From: a virus
Taxonomy: Duplodnaviria > Caudoviricetes
Reading direction: 5' to 3' (one strand)
Length of the DNA: 62,617 nt
IMG/VR virus record: IMGVR_UViG_3300034106_002415
Span: 1 to 62,617 of that record
Part shown: positions 10,432 to 19,864 of the stretch, piece after piece
How the letters are laid out: the number at the start of each line of letters is the position of its first letter
How positions within the stretch are numbered: position 1 is the first letter of the stretch
Notes under the pieces: model-generated
Told to the model about the DNA's origin: nothing
Seen by the model: only the letters and a program-made list of their open reading frames with translations
Databases searched by the model: none
Program-made: the position numbers and the translations under genes

Positions 10432-10443
10432 CGCGCCATATAG

Positions 10444-10638
10444 CTAAACGCGCCAGATACGTAAACCCCTGACGCCATCCTCGACGACAGATTTCATCAC
10501 GACGCTGAATCGCAGCCGATCCATGACGGGGCGCACCTCTCGCTTTGCTCGGACGGGGTCGAGGCACGGGATAAAGATCGACGTGCCTCGTTTGAACGCC
10601 TTCCAGTTGACCTGGTAACTAACCTTCTCAACCTGCAT
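10444..10638 (-). CDS. Small conserved phage protein
   Basis: 64 aa from ATG 10638; W..F..G.SIFIP...GLRIWRV pattern like that of 22522..22773. Confidence 0.65.
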   Translation of the reverse strand: MQVEKVSYQVNWKAFKRGTSIFIPCLDPVRAKREVRPVMDRLRFSVVMKSVVEDGVRGLRIWRV

Positions 10639-13498
10639 CGGCGCTCCCGACACCTACGACGTCACCCACACTGAAGAACTCTTCCGAGGCAGTGTTGAGC
10701 TCCAGACAGTAGACCGGCGGGGCAACCATCTTCATGCCCTTGTTTAGCCGCTTAACCATCTTACCGGTAAGCACTCCACGCTCCGTGAGGTACTGCATGG
10801 TCTCTTTGTAGTTGACCTGAAACTGGGCGCAGTCGCGCTTAAACGGTGCAGCTGCGATGTACATCTTCTGCGTATCAGGCTCCCAGCGGATCAGAAGCTC
10901 GCTGCGCGGCTCCAGTATCGGAGCGGCATGCATGTTGGACCGTGCGTCCGCTTCTTCGTTGACCACCAAGATGCTCTGGATGTTGCGACGGATGAAGTCA
11001 CCAACCACTTCGATGGCGTTGTTGCGCGGCGGCTGTACGTCCTCGCGAAGGCTGAGCAGCATCTTGCATGCCCAGTCGTAGATGCGCGGCATATCCCAGT
11101 CGATCAGGCCGATGTGCTTAGCAATCGCGCCCCCAGCAAGGTTAGCGGCCAGCACTGCCGACCAGAAACGCTCGCGCTGTGTCAGCTTCAGCTCGCGGTC
11201 AAGCTTCGACTGTATCTGAAGCGCGGTCTTCTTAGCCTGCTCGTGGTTGGCGACGAGCCACGCAGCATAGATGCGCCCAGCGTGTCCGTTGTTTTCCATC
11301 AGCTGGTGATCGAACATGTTCTTGGCCATCAACGGGTCAAGGGTGTCGGTGTAGTCGATCTTGTACTCCACGAGGCGCATGAGCTCCCCGTCAGGGCTGT
11401 TCTTGGCCACGCCCATCTTCTCGTAGAAGGATGCGTTCGATGAGCACAAAGCCATTGTCTGCCACGTAGTGGCATTGTGTCGCAGTTCGTTTGATGATGC
11501 TTTCACGCGGTCCTTACCGCGCCCTTGGGTGATGTTGTACACCAGCGTGGAGAAGTCCTGCGGTGTCATGTTGGTCATCTCGTCCACCGTGTACGGCAGA
11601 TTGTTCATGACCCCGAGACGCAAGACCTTCGCGTTCAGGGTGTCTTCCTTCACGCAGCACAGAGCATCCGGCGTACCCCAGATGCTGTTGCACATATGCA
11701 GGATGGTGGTCTTGCCCGTACCGGAGTGCGGGTGGATGACGTTGAGCATAGCCCCCCGCTGGCCAAGGAACTTGAAGATCGGTGCGCCAAAACCTGTCAG
11801 CGCAGCGAACGCATGCGGCTCAAGACCAGGACGCCCGTAGAGGTTGAAGACCTCTTTCCATTTGTCCAGTGAGCCTACGGGCCCCATTCGTTCTGCGATT
11901 GCCGCTGTGATCGACGAGGGCGGGCTGTAGAACGTACCCTCCACCGTGACCTCCGAATCACCGATGATAAACTTGCTGTCGTTATCCGCCCAACCAAACT
12001 GAAGTCTCATTTGTTCTGCCTTTCGTTTTTCTGAAAGCGCCATCAGTGACGCTCGTATGTACTCTGCTAGATACTCAAACCGCTTCTTACCGCACAGAAT
12101 GCTCTCCCCTGCGAGGAGCTTGCGCAAATCTCCTGGCTCTGAAATCTTGATGAGGGGAGCCGTGAACTCGCGGACACCGTCCTGCGGAGTGTGAAACTTG
12201 AAGACCGCCACGTCCTTCTCGATGGGGTCGCGCATGCGCTTCAAGATGTAGAAGTCATAGGGCAGCACGAGGATGTCGCCTTCCTCAGTGGGCTTGCCAT
12301 CCCGCCCTAGGGGAGCCTTGCGGTAGATACCCCCAGCTTTGCCCCGAAAGAACGGGAACGGGTACTCAGGGATGATGTGGGTCTTGGGTGCAAACCCTTC
12401 TTCCTCCGGCTCCTCAACAACCACGTTGTCTTCTTCGGTGGCTGCAAGCACCTCATTGCCCAGCGTGATGGGCGACTTGATCTTCTCCGCAAACGGGCAC
12501 CCGTCGCAGCCCCCTGGGTTGCCGCGCTCGAATGTCTCGCAGGTGTGCGGCCCGACAATGTGCTTTATCTTCTGTAGCGTCTTGTACGGGTCGTAGTCTG
12601 GGTGGCCCTCCGACATAGTGTGGATGGCGGTGTCTTGGTCTGCGCAGAACTTCGCTACCGACAGGGCGCTGAACCAGCGGTTCTCAGCCAGTGAGGTCCG
12701 GTTCTCGTAGCAGTCCAACAGCTGCTGGCAGCCGTTCCCAGCGATGCTACGCTGTAGGATTTTAGCAAAGCTCGAAGTGATGTTCTCTTGCAGCGACTTG
12801 GCAAGCTCAGAGAGCTCACGCTTGGGTGTCTCAAGCGGGATCAGGTCCGGTGCCTTCACCCCGAGGATGCTGTAAAACTCTTCGAAGTCTACGGGCTTAG
12901 CGGTCGCCAGCACCGTGACATTGTGCGGTGGGTCGTCCTTGTAGTTCAACGTGCCTGGCACGCGCAGGATACGCGCCACCTCGAAGACGGCGGGGTCCAC
13001 GTAAAGCTCATGGGTGTTGCACAGCTTACGCAGCCGTTCGGCTACAGGCTCCCACTGCTCCCTTGTGACAGTTCCCGTCAGCGCCCAGTATACGTGTATG
13101 CCGCGCCCTGAGTTGACGATGATGGGACGGGGTAACCCGACAGTACGGCAGAAGGCTTGAAGCGCGGCCAGTCCGGTAGCTTGATCGACGTAGCCATCGG
13201 GGCGTCCCGTCTTGGGGTTGGGCTGCGCCTTGGCTTCACCGCAGTCGATATCAAGCCAGAATGCCTTGAGCCCTTGGACGTTCTCCTTGGTGCGGTTCGC
13301 GTCCGTAGCGTACTTGGCGACACCGAAGAACACGTTCCATCCGCCCTTCGAGCGGCGTTCAACGAGGACATCAACCTCTTCGCGCGTGGATAAAAAGTCC
13401 TGCCTTCGCTGCAATTCCTTGCCGGAGCCCTTGAGGCTCACGACAGCAAACCAGCCATCATCTGGTTGTACTGCTCTGAGAAGATCGAAGTCGGTCAT
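10628..13498 (-). CDS. Primase-helicase (AEP primase, DUF927-like region, P-loop helicase domain)
   Basis: AFWLDID and SGRGIHVYW AEP motifs, RILRVPGT; Cys cluster TCETF..CDGC; Walker A SGTGKTT, Walker B YTVDE. Confidence 0.85.
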   Translation of the reverse strand: MTDFDLLRAVQPDDGWFAVVSLKGSGKELQRRQDFLSTREEVDVLVERRSKGGWNVFFGVAKYATDANRTKENVQGLKAFWLDIDCGEAKAQPNPKTGRPDGYVDQATGLAALQAFCRTVGLPRPIIVNSGRGIHVYWALTGTVTREQWEPVAERLRKLCNTHELYVDPAVFEVARILRVPGTLNYKDDPPHNVTVLATAKPVDFEEFYSILGVKAPDLIPLETPKRELSELAKSLQENITSSFAKILQRSIAGNGCQQLLDCYENRTSLAENRWFSALSVAKFCADQDTAIHTMSEGHPDYDPYKTLQKIKHIVGPHTCETFERGNPGGCDGCPFAEKIKSPITLGNEVLAATEEDNVVVEEPEEEGFAPKTHIIPEYPFPFFRGKAGGIYRKAPLGRDGKPTEEGDILVLPYDFYILKRMRDPIEKDVAVFKFHTPQDGVREFTAPLIKISEPGDLRKLLAGESILCGKKRFEYLAEYIRASLMALSEKRKAEQMRLQFGWADNDSKFIIGDSEVTVEGTFYSPPSSITAAIAERMGPVGSLDKWKEVFNLYGRPGLEPHAFAALTGFGAPIFKFLGQRGAMLNVIHPHSGTGKTTILHMCNSIWGTPDALCCVKEDTLNAKVLRLGVMNNLPYTVDEMTNMTPQDFSTLVYNITQGRGKDRVKASSNELRHNATTWQTMALCSSNASFYEKMGVAKNSPDGELMRLVEYKIDYTDTLDPLMAKNMFDHQLMENNGHAGRIYAAWLVANHEQAKKTALQIQSKLDRELKLTQRERFWSAVLAANLAGGAIAKHIGLIDWDMPRIYDWACKMLLSLREDVQPPRNNAIEVVGDFIRRNIQSILVVNEEADARSNMHAAPILEPRSELLIRWEPDTQKMYIAAAPFKRDCAQFQVNYKETMQYLTERGVLTGKMVKRLNKGMKMVAPPVYCLELNTASEEFFSVGDVVGVGSADAG

Positions 13499-13565
13499 AT
13501 GTGAGGTCGCTACTCATCGGGCGCAGAACGCGCCTACAGAAAAAGAGCAGTGCAGGACGGGTGCC

Positions 13566-13796
13566 CTACGATAGCTTGGCGATATAGGCGTCCATCAACG
13601 CGCGGACCGGTGCGGAAGGGTTAGCCGCTCCAGTGAACCAGCTATACACAGTTTGGCGCGATACTTTGAACTCACGGGCCACGGCTGAAACAGGCACTTG
13701 ATGCTTTATGCATGCCTGTCCCAGCCGCACCCCTAGAAGATGCCTATTGGCTTGGCCGTTCCGCTCTATGAGCCGCTGGCTGTAGCCATGCACCAT
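13566..13796 (-). CDS. Small HTH DNA-binding protein
   Basis: VSAVAREFKVSRQTVYSWF helix-turn-helix. Confidence 0.75.
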   Translation of the reverse strand: MVHGYSQRLIERNGQANRHLLGVRLGQACIKHQVPVSAVAREFKVSRQTVYSWFTGAANPSAPVRALMDAYIAKLS

Positions 13797-13798
13797 AC

Positions 13799-14716
13799 TT
13801 ACTCGTCCCCGTCTTCGTCGCCCCAAGCGTTGAGGACTGAGGCAAGGTCACCCTGCGCAACCACAACGTCGGCTCCCTTCTTGGGTGCCCGCTTCTTGGG
13901 TTCCGTGATGACTTCTTCCTCCTCGTCATCCGGCTCGTCGGAGTAGACGACCTTGGGCTTCGGTGCCGCAGCTTCCTGGGTCTTTGCAGGTGCCGCTTCC
14001 TGCGCAGCTACGGTCAGCACGATCATCTCACGCGTAGCCGGATCGTTGCGCGCTGCTTGGACCAGTGCGTACTCTTCATCGGTGACGCCGCGCATCGGAG
14101 TGAACTGAAGCTCCATGGTCTCTGCATCGAGGTTATAGGCGATGTTGGTCACCACCGTGTCGGGACCTTCGCCGTTGGCGATGAGGAACTTCACATAGCT
14201 CTCGAACGGATGCACGTTGCCGCTGCCCTTACCGAAGAGCGACTTGGCGGGCACGTTGAACTGGTAGACTTCACCGGTTCCATCACCGGCCAACAGCAGC
14301 GCGATACGGCGCTGGAAGCGGCATGCACGGCCCTTACCGTTCTCACCTGAACCCACGACGTTCTTGGGGCACGAGGCGCAGTTGCTAGCCTGCGGGTTGC
14401 CCGCAGCTGCCTCCGGCTTATCACCCAGGTTCGACCAGCAGTCAGGCAGGGTCGGCTTGGCATCGGGGTCATACTTACCCGCGTAGAACGTACGGCTGAC
14501 CTTGGGCAGTGCGTCAACGATGATGGCATTGAACTCACCACGGATGGCCTTGCCGATCTGCTCACCGTTAACGACACGCTTGAAGGTGCCGTTGGTGTTG
14601 GTGGCGATGCGACGGGTGTTCCTCGGGGTCGCCAAGGACTTAGCGAGGTCAGACAGTTCGCGCTTGGCTACCGTCGAAACAGCGCCTTCTTGCTTAAAGA
14701 TGGTCAGGTTGCTCAT
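13799..14716 (-). CDS. Putative single-stranded DNA-binding protein
   Basis: Replication cluster; PDCWS, CASC and GRACR motifs; strongly acidic C-terminal tail. Confidence 0.6.
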   Translation of the reverse strand: MSNLTIFKQEGAVSTVAKRELSDLAKSLATPRNTRRIATNTNGTFKRVVNGEQIGKAIRGEFNAIIVDALPKVSRTFYAGKYDPDAKPTLPDCWSNLGDKPEAAAGNPQASNCASCPKNVVGSGENGKGRACRFQRRIALLLAGDGTGEVYQFNVPAKSLFGKGSGNVHPFESYVKFLIANGEGPDTVVTNIAYNLDAETMELQFTPMRGVTDEEYALVQAARNDPATREMIVLTVAAQEAAPAKTQEAAAPKPKVVYSDEPDDEEEEVITEPKKRAPKKGADVVVAQGDLASVLNAWGDEDGDE

Positions 14717-14727
14717 TTGGTCTCTCC

Positions 14728-15129
14728 TTACTTTCCAGTTGGCTTACGTACGCGGACTACATATTTGGTATCGGCGTTCAGGCCGATGGGCAGGTCTTCT
14801 GGGTTATCCTCAAGGAACTGGCGCATGTTGCCGTTGTGGATGCGCTGCTCAAGCAGGAAGGGCGCATCTCGGTCCTTGATGAATTGATACATCGACTCCC
14901 AGTCACTCGTCCAGAACCGAGTGGTTGTCGAGCGGGTAACCGTACCGGCAGCGGTGCGGATGCTGTCTAGGTTCTGGTCGTTGCACAGCGTCAGCAGTGC
15001 TTCGGAGACGACGTCCTGCTGGGCCTTGAGCGCAGCTATCTCCTCCTTGTGTGCTTCTTCCTTCTCGTTAATCGCATCCCGTATCCGCCGGTATGTGAGC
15101 ACGAGCTCGTCGGCTTTGGCATCTTGCAT
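14728..15129 (-). CDS. Conserved phage replication-region protein
   Basis: 133 aa, coiled-coil N-terminus, RTAAGT and LLEQRI motifs, RBS AGGAGCAAAC. Confidence 0.7.
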   Translation of the reverse strand: MQDAKADELVLTYRRIRDAINEKEEAHKEEIAALKAQQDVVSEALLTLCNDQNLDSIRTAAGTVTRSTTTRFWTSDWESMYQFIKDRDAPFLLEQRIHNGNMRQFLEDNPEDLPIGLNADTKYVVRVRKPTGK

Positions 15130-15156
15130 GGTTTGCTCCTTCTTGGTTGTCTCCCT

Positions 15157-15184
15157 AAGATATTCTTACACTACACAATGTCAA
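15157..15184 (-). promoter_or_regulatory. Sigma70-like promoter
   Basis: TTGACA-N16-TATCTT upstream of 15129. Confidence 0.55.
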
Positions 15185-16743
15185 GCACTTTGTAAAATTT
15201 CTTGTCGGTACAGGTCAATAATTTGTCGGTGGTTGGCGATGTTACCCTTAAGCATCTGATAAAGCTTAACTTCCACGTCGCTACCGCTGATGTGCACGAT
15301 GGTCATCGGGTGCTTCTGCCCTGGTCGATCGATGCGCGCGTTGGCCTGTAGGTAGGTCTCGACAGAGGTCGTCGGGGCGTACCAGATTATGGTGTCAGCT
15401 TCGGTCAGCGTGAGCCCGTGCGAGGCCGCCTTCGGCTGGATGAGGAGTACACGGGGATGCTCGCTGGACTGGAACCGCGCGACGATATCGCTGCGTTTGT
15501 TGAGGGGCACCTTGCCGTTGATGACATCGCAGCTGATCTTCTCTTTCTCTAAGGTGCTGCGCAACAGCTCGATGGTGTGGGTGAACGGCACAAACACCAG
15601 CACCTTGCGGGTGGTCTCCTCGATGGCCTCCAGCACGACGTTGATTCGGTTGCTGACATCAAAGTGCACGACTTCGCCAGTATCCGAGTAGACGGCACCC
15701 CCACTGATCTGGAGCAGCTTGTTGAGGCGGGCGGCTGCGTTGACGGCGCTAACCTCTTCCCCGTCAGCCTCCATGATCATCTGGGTCTTGAGGAGCTTGT
15801 AGTACTTCTTCTGCTGCGCGGTAAGCGGTGCCTCGCGTTCGGTGTGCGTCACCTGTGGCAGGTCCAAGCACTGGCTCTTCTCGAACCGTATGGCGGGTTG
15901 CAGTATGCGGTGCACGACCGACTTTGCCTGCGGTTTGACCCCCCACTTGAACTGCGTGATCTTGTACATGACCGAGTCGCGGAAAGACCCGTAGTGTGGG
16001 GGGCAACCTTCAGGGTTCACAAGCTTGGCAAGACCGTAGGCATCGAGCGGAGACTGCGCCGCCGGCGTACCAGTGAGCATCCACAGGCGCGGATCAGTTG
16101 TCTTGATGAGCCGGTTGAGCACCTTCCACCGCGTGGTCTGCGCGTTCTTGTATGCGGTTGCCTCGTCAACGACGATGAGATCGAAGCCCCCTGCGGCAAT
16201 CGTTTCCTCCACGACTGCCACACCGTCGAAGTTGATGATGACGAAGTCAGAGCCGGCCTCAATGATCTTCTTGCGCTGCTTCGCATCCCCGTGCGCCACA
16301 GAGCAGCTGCGGTGCATAGCAAACTTAAACAGGTCCCCCTGCCATGCGGCCTTCATGATCGAGAGCGGGCACAGCACCAGCACCCGCTTCACGAGCCCCT
16401 TCTTCATCAGGTAGTCAGCCGACCAGATGACACTCGCCGTCTTGCCGGTGCCCGCCTCGCTGAAGCAGAACGCTTTGCGGTGAAGGCTGAGAAACGATGC
16501 CGTGGTCTTCTGGTGCGCGAAGGGTGTGAGCCTGCCGGTCCACTCGTAGTCCCGCAGGATGGGCGATGGGACATCTTCCACACCCAAGGCAGTCAGCTTT
16601 TGTGCTTCCTTGATACCCCAGTGCACGGCGACTTTGCTCAGGTCCTTGCGGCGCTCCATCAGGGCGCTCTTCTTTATCGACCCGATAATTGCCGCAGGCT
16701 CCCGTGTCTCCACGAGGAGAACCTTGTTATCGATGATCCGCAT
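15181..16743 (-). CDS. SNF2-family DEAD-like helicase
   Basis: AGTGKT, IVVDEA, LTGTP and QANARIDRPGQ motifs. Confidence 0.9.
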   Translation of the reverse strand: MRIIDNKVLLVETREPAAIIGSIKKSALMERRKDLSKVAVHWGIKEAQKLTALGVEDVPSPILRDYEWTGRLTPFAHQKTTASFLSLHRKAFCFSEAGTGKTASVIWSADYLMKKGLVKRVLVLCPLSIMKAAWQGDLFKFAMHRSCSVAHGDAKQRKKIIEAGSDFVIINFDGVAVVEETIAAGGFDLIVVDEATAYKNAQTTRWKVLNRLIKTTDPRLWMLTGTPAAQSPLDAYGLAKLVNPEGCPPHYGSFRDSVMYKITQFKWGVKPQAKSVVHRILQPAIRFEKSQCLDLPQVTHTEREAPLTAQQKKYYKLLKTQMIMEADGEEVSAVNAAARLNKLLQISGGAVYSDTGEVVHFDVSNRINVVLEAIEETTRKVLVFVPFTHTIELLRSTLEKEKISCDVINGKVPLNKRSDIVARFQSSEHPRVLLIQPKAASHGLTLTEADTIIWYAPTTSVETYLQANARIDRPGQKHPMTIVHISGSDVEVKLYQMLKGNIANHRQIIDLYRQEILQSA

Positions 16744-16762
16744 GTTTGCTCCTCAGTGCGGG

Positions 16763-17059
16763 TTATTTCTTTTTTCGTTCCCGCTTACTTACTTCTGAAA
16801 CCAGGTTGTGCTTGCTGTCTCGCTTGAAGGAGCGGTTCTTGGAGGCGCTTTCGACGCGCAGACCGTCCCCGTTGGAGCCACCCTTGTCGAAGGCTTTGAC
16901 GTGGGCAACGTCCTTGTTGTCACCCTTCTTTACCTTGCCTGCCTTGAGAGCCGCGCGCCGTGCAGCGTTGCGGGCCACACGGTTCTTAACTTGCTCGGGC
17001 TGCGCTTGGTATTTGGCAGAGGTTCCGTACTTGCGGTCTTCAGGATTCTTGTAAGGCAT
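16763..17059 (-). CDS. Small HNH-type nuclease
   Basis: ATG 17059 (TGATG overlap); DVAHVKAFDKGGSN...NRS motif. Confidence 0.7.
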   Translation of the reverse strand: MPYKNPEDRKYGTSAKYQAQPEQVKNRVARNAARRAALKAGKVKKGDNKDVAHVKAFDKGGSNGDGLRVESASKNRSFKRDSKHNLVSEVSKRERKKK

Positions 17060-17721
17060 CACTTCCTCCGTGGCCGCCAGTGCTCGCAAGTTTCGACCGG
17101 ACACCACCCACACAGCGGGCTGGATTTGGCGTTCCATATACCATTTTCCAAAGCCCCCTCCAAGCGGTCTAGCTCGTCGTTGAACACAGACATGTAGGTG
17201 GCTAGGTGCTCTCGGTAATGGGTCTTCTTCGGAAACTCGTTGCTCACCACGAAGGCTAGGCCTGACTTGATCTTCTGCACCTCCGGCATGTGCACGAACA
17301 CAGCGCCTGCCATCAGATCGAGCTGGTGCATGTCTGCGTACTTGGCGTTCTTGCCGGTCTTGTAGTCGATCATGTGGGCGGTATCGCCGTCCACGATCAA
17401 CAAGTCCACGATCCCACGCCACCATACGGCCTTATCGAAGAAGCTACAGGGCTCCAAGTCACGGGTAACCCCAAGCCTTAACTCGCAGTGCTTTTCCCCA
17501 GGAAATTGGGCCAGTGCTTCCACAGCGGGTCGCATGACCTTGTATTTCCCAGGGATCGGCGTTCCGTGTTTGATGTAGTGTTCAGCAGCAGCGTGAGCTT
17601 CTTCACCAAAAAGAGCCTCGGCCCCTTGAGTATCCTTGACATCCTTAGCCACCTTGAGGTGGTAGTACTTCTTCGGACATTGTGAAAAAGTCTTGATGCT
17701 GCTGTACGACCACGATGGCAT
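17059..17721 (-). CDS. PD-(D/E)XK exonuclease (RecB/Cas4-like)
   Basis: SYSS...QCP, GIVD, IDYKTG, QLDL and C-terminal CGWC...C. Confidence 0.85.
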   Translation of the reverse strand: MPSWSYSSIKTFSQCPKKYYHLKVAKDVKDTQGAEALFGEEAHAAAEHYIKHGTPIPGKYKVMRPAVEALAQFPGEKHCELRLGVTRDLEPCSFFDKAVWWRGIVDLLIVDGDTAHMIDYKTGKNAKYADMHQLDLMAGAVFVHMPEVQKIKSGLAFVVSNEFPKKTHYREHLATYMSVFNDELDRLEGALENGIWNAKSSPLCGWCPVETCEHWRPRRK

Positions 17722-17794
17722 TAGTTTTTAACTTTCAAAGAGCGGATTTCCGCCCAAGGATTGTACCAAGCCATAGCTTCCCCCGCAGTTTGCC

Positions 17795-18220
17795 TTACAG
17801 ACGATCAGCCACCAGCTTAGCATAACCCGCGATATCGAGGAAGTTATCCTTGTGCGTCGGGTTGCCGTACACGACACGCCCCATCTTATGGGCGATCATC
17901 TCCATGCTCTCACGCATGTCAGCGTCCATGGCTTCCCAGCTGGGGCTGCTCCGCATGAGGTACTTCACACCCTGAATGAACTGCGCCTTGCTGGCGTAGT
18001 CACCGTAGTCGTTGCCACGCTCGGTCAGGACCGTGTCTACGCTGTTGTCCTCGGGGACAAACTCGGGCGCGGCTGGCTGTCCCTTGAGCTGCATCTCCCT
18101 ATGTACAGCCCACGCATGACCATAGAGCATGCCCACCGTCTTCGCGGTTTCGGTAATGCTGTAGCCCCGCTCCAGCAGTTTGCGCGCCAAGGCGCTCTTC
18201 GTCAGTTTACGCTTAGTCAT
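17795..18220 (-). CDS. DUF6378-like protein with N-terminal HTH-like region
   Basis: ERGNDYG...HKMGR....D.FLDIAGYA pattern. Confidence 0.6.
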   Translation of the reverse strand: MTKRKLTKSALARKLLERGYSITETAKTVGMLYGHAWAVHREMQLKGQPAAPEFVPEDNSVDTVLTERGNDYGDYASKAQFIQGVKYLMRSSPSWEAMDADMRESMEMIAHKMGRVVYGNPTHKDNFLDIAGYAKLVADRL

Positions 18221-18230
18221 TGTTTGCTCC

Positions 18231-19016
18231 TTACTTCAGATTGCCACCGCTCTTCAGGATATCACCGTCGTATGTGTACGTGCCGGTGTGTGTCAGGCGG
18301 ACAAAGGGGTGGGCGTATACTTTGCCGCCGTGCTTCCGCCACAGCTCACAGAAATGGTAGTCCTCCGACAGAAGGGCCCCGCTCTCGTCGATACTGGTAG
18401 CGAAATATTCGTGGGTGAGGGGTTTAGCGTACTCACCCGTATCTGGGTCTTGGAAGGATGACACTCGGTAGGTCGGCACATGCGGTGCAAGATGCTCGAA
18501 CACACCGCGCTTGATAAGCATGAAGCCAGTGCCGCCATGGCGGACCTCGATGCACCCGCTCTCGTCGGACTCAGCGTCTGCGCCGCCAACCATGTTGAAC
18601 ACGAACGCCCCAGCGTGATGCTCTAGCTCATCCAGCTTGCCTGCGCTTGCAGCGCGCTTGACGCTATCCCAGTTCACTTCCTTCTTGGGGTAGATACCGC
18701 AAGCGATGTCTCGGTCAGTGAGCATAAGCTGCGCCACTGCGTCCCCGTCGAAGCCGATGTCAGCGTCGATGAACATCAGATAATCGTGACCGCTCCCCAG
18801 GAACACACGCGCCAGCTCGTTACGGGCGCGGGTGATAAGGCTCTCGTTGGTGATCTGGCACCACGCCACATGCACCCCCAGCTCACGCATCTTGGCGACC
18901 GTGAACAGCAGACCTTGCACATACGCACCTGTGCACATGCCACCGTACATAGGGGTAGCAATCATCAGGCTCGGGCGCTTGGCCTCGACCGGCTTCACCT
19001 TGATTTCGTCACTCAC
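18231..19016 (-). CDS. GT-A fold glycosyltransferase-like protein
   Basis: IATPMYGG, LITRARN, LMFIDAD (DxD), GTGFMLI and SEDYHFC motifs. Confidence 0.75.
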   Translation of the reverse strand: MSDEIKVKPVEAKRPSLMIATPMYGGMCTGAYVQGLLFTVAKMRELGVHVAWCQITNESLITRARNELARVFLGSGHDYLMFIDADIGFDGDAVAQLMLTDRDIACGIYPKKEVNWDSVKRAASAGKLDELEHHAGAFVFNMVGGADAESDESGCIEVRHGGTGFMLIKRGVFEHLAPHVPTYRVSSFQDPDTGEYAKPLTHEYFATSIDESGALLSEDYHFCELWRKHGGKVYAHPFVRLTHTGTYTYDGDILKSGGNLK

Positions 19017-19198
19017 TTCATCTGCTCCTTCTTGTGCTGGTATACCTGCCGCGCAGCGGCGGCGAGGGTCACGCCGAAATGTTCAGCAATCTCCTCAAAG
19101 GGCTTACCAGCTACGTACATATCCCAAGCCACCTGCCGCTTTTCAGGCGTCCACCAGCCAGCAGGCTTGCGGGGGCGACTGACAATGTTACCCGTCAC
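19013..19198 (-). CDS. Small HTH protein (GcrA N-terminal-like)
   Basis: WTPEKR...Y.AG....EIAEHFGVT pattern. Confidence 0.45.
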   Translation of the reverse strand: MTGNIVSRPRKPAGWWTPEKRQVAWDMYVAGKPFEEIAEHFGVTLAAAARQVYQHKKEQMK

Positions 19199-19860
19199 TT
19201 CTTACGCACCGCAAACTGGCGACCGATGTGAACGATGTCGAGTGATTCCGCAAAGGTGTTCACAAAGAAGTCCGTAGCTAGCTTAGGACGGTGGAGGATG
19301 TCGCGGCTCTCACCCCACAGGTAATCGTCGAATACCATCAAGCCACCCTGCTTCAGCAGCGGCCATGCCATACACGCATCGGTCAGCACGTCCTTGGCGG
19401 TATGGCTACCGTCGATGTAGATGAAGTCGTACAGGTTTTTACCATCGACCCAGTGCGCCAGCTTACCCGCCAGAAACTCGGTGGACGTAGCCTTGTACTT
19501 GTAGACGCGGTTGTTGGTCCTATCCGGCCCGTCACTTGCGAACCGTGTGTGCCCCCAGCTACCCTCGCGGCTACGGTGAAGCGCCGAATTGCAGTTGAGC
19601 GCCGCGATGATGTTGTGGTCGAACCGATCTTCGATACCCTGCACGGTCTCAGCGCTGTGCTCCTCGCTGCCTTCCCACGTATCAACGCAGTCGATCCAAT
19701 CGCCAGGGTTCATCATATTCTCAATGATCCAGACGGCGCTACGGCCCTCGAACGAACCGATCTCAAGGAACGACTTACGTTCCGGCAGCAAGCCCTTTAG
19801 CTGCTCCCACACTGGGATGTTGAAGCTGAACCAGTCTTGCGTGAATTTGTAGTCAGTCAT
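19195..19860 (-). CDS. Class I SAM-dependent methyltransferase (Methyltransf_24-like)
   Basis: LEIGSFEGRS, DFIYIDGSH and GGLMVFDDY motifs. Confidence 0.8.
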   Translation of the reverse strand: MTDYKFTQDWFSFNIPVWEQLKGLLPERKSFLEIGSFEGRSAVWIIENMMNPGDWIDCVDTWEGSEEHSAETVQGIEDRFDHNIIAALNCNSALHRSREGSWGHTRFASDGPDRTNNRVYKYKATSTEFLAGKLAHWVDGKNLYDFIYIDGSHTAKDVLTDACMAWPLLKQGGLMVFDDYLWGESRDILHRPKLATDFFVNTFAESLDIVHIGRQFAVRKK

Positions 19861-19864
19861 ATTC

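Noticed and set aside
10416-10443. RBS of an unannotated plus-strand gene
   Set aside because: No start codon follows at a usable distance and it would run into the convergent gene.
13499-13565. Hammerhead ribozyme suggested by CGAUGAG
   Set aside because: The CUGANGA and GAAA core is not present.
17060-17425. N-terminal extension of the HNH ORF 16763..17425
   Set aside because: It overlaps the PD-(D/E)XK gene; TGATG coupling supports a start at 17059.
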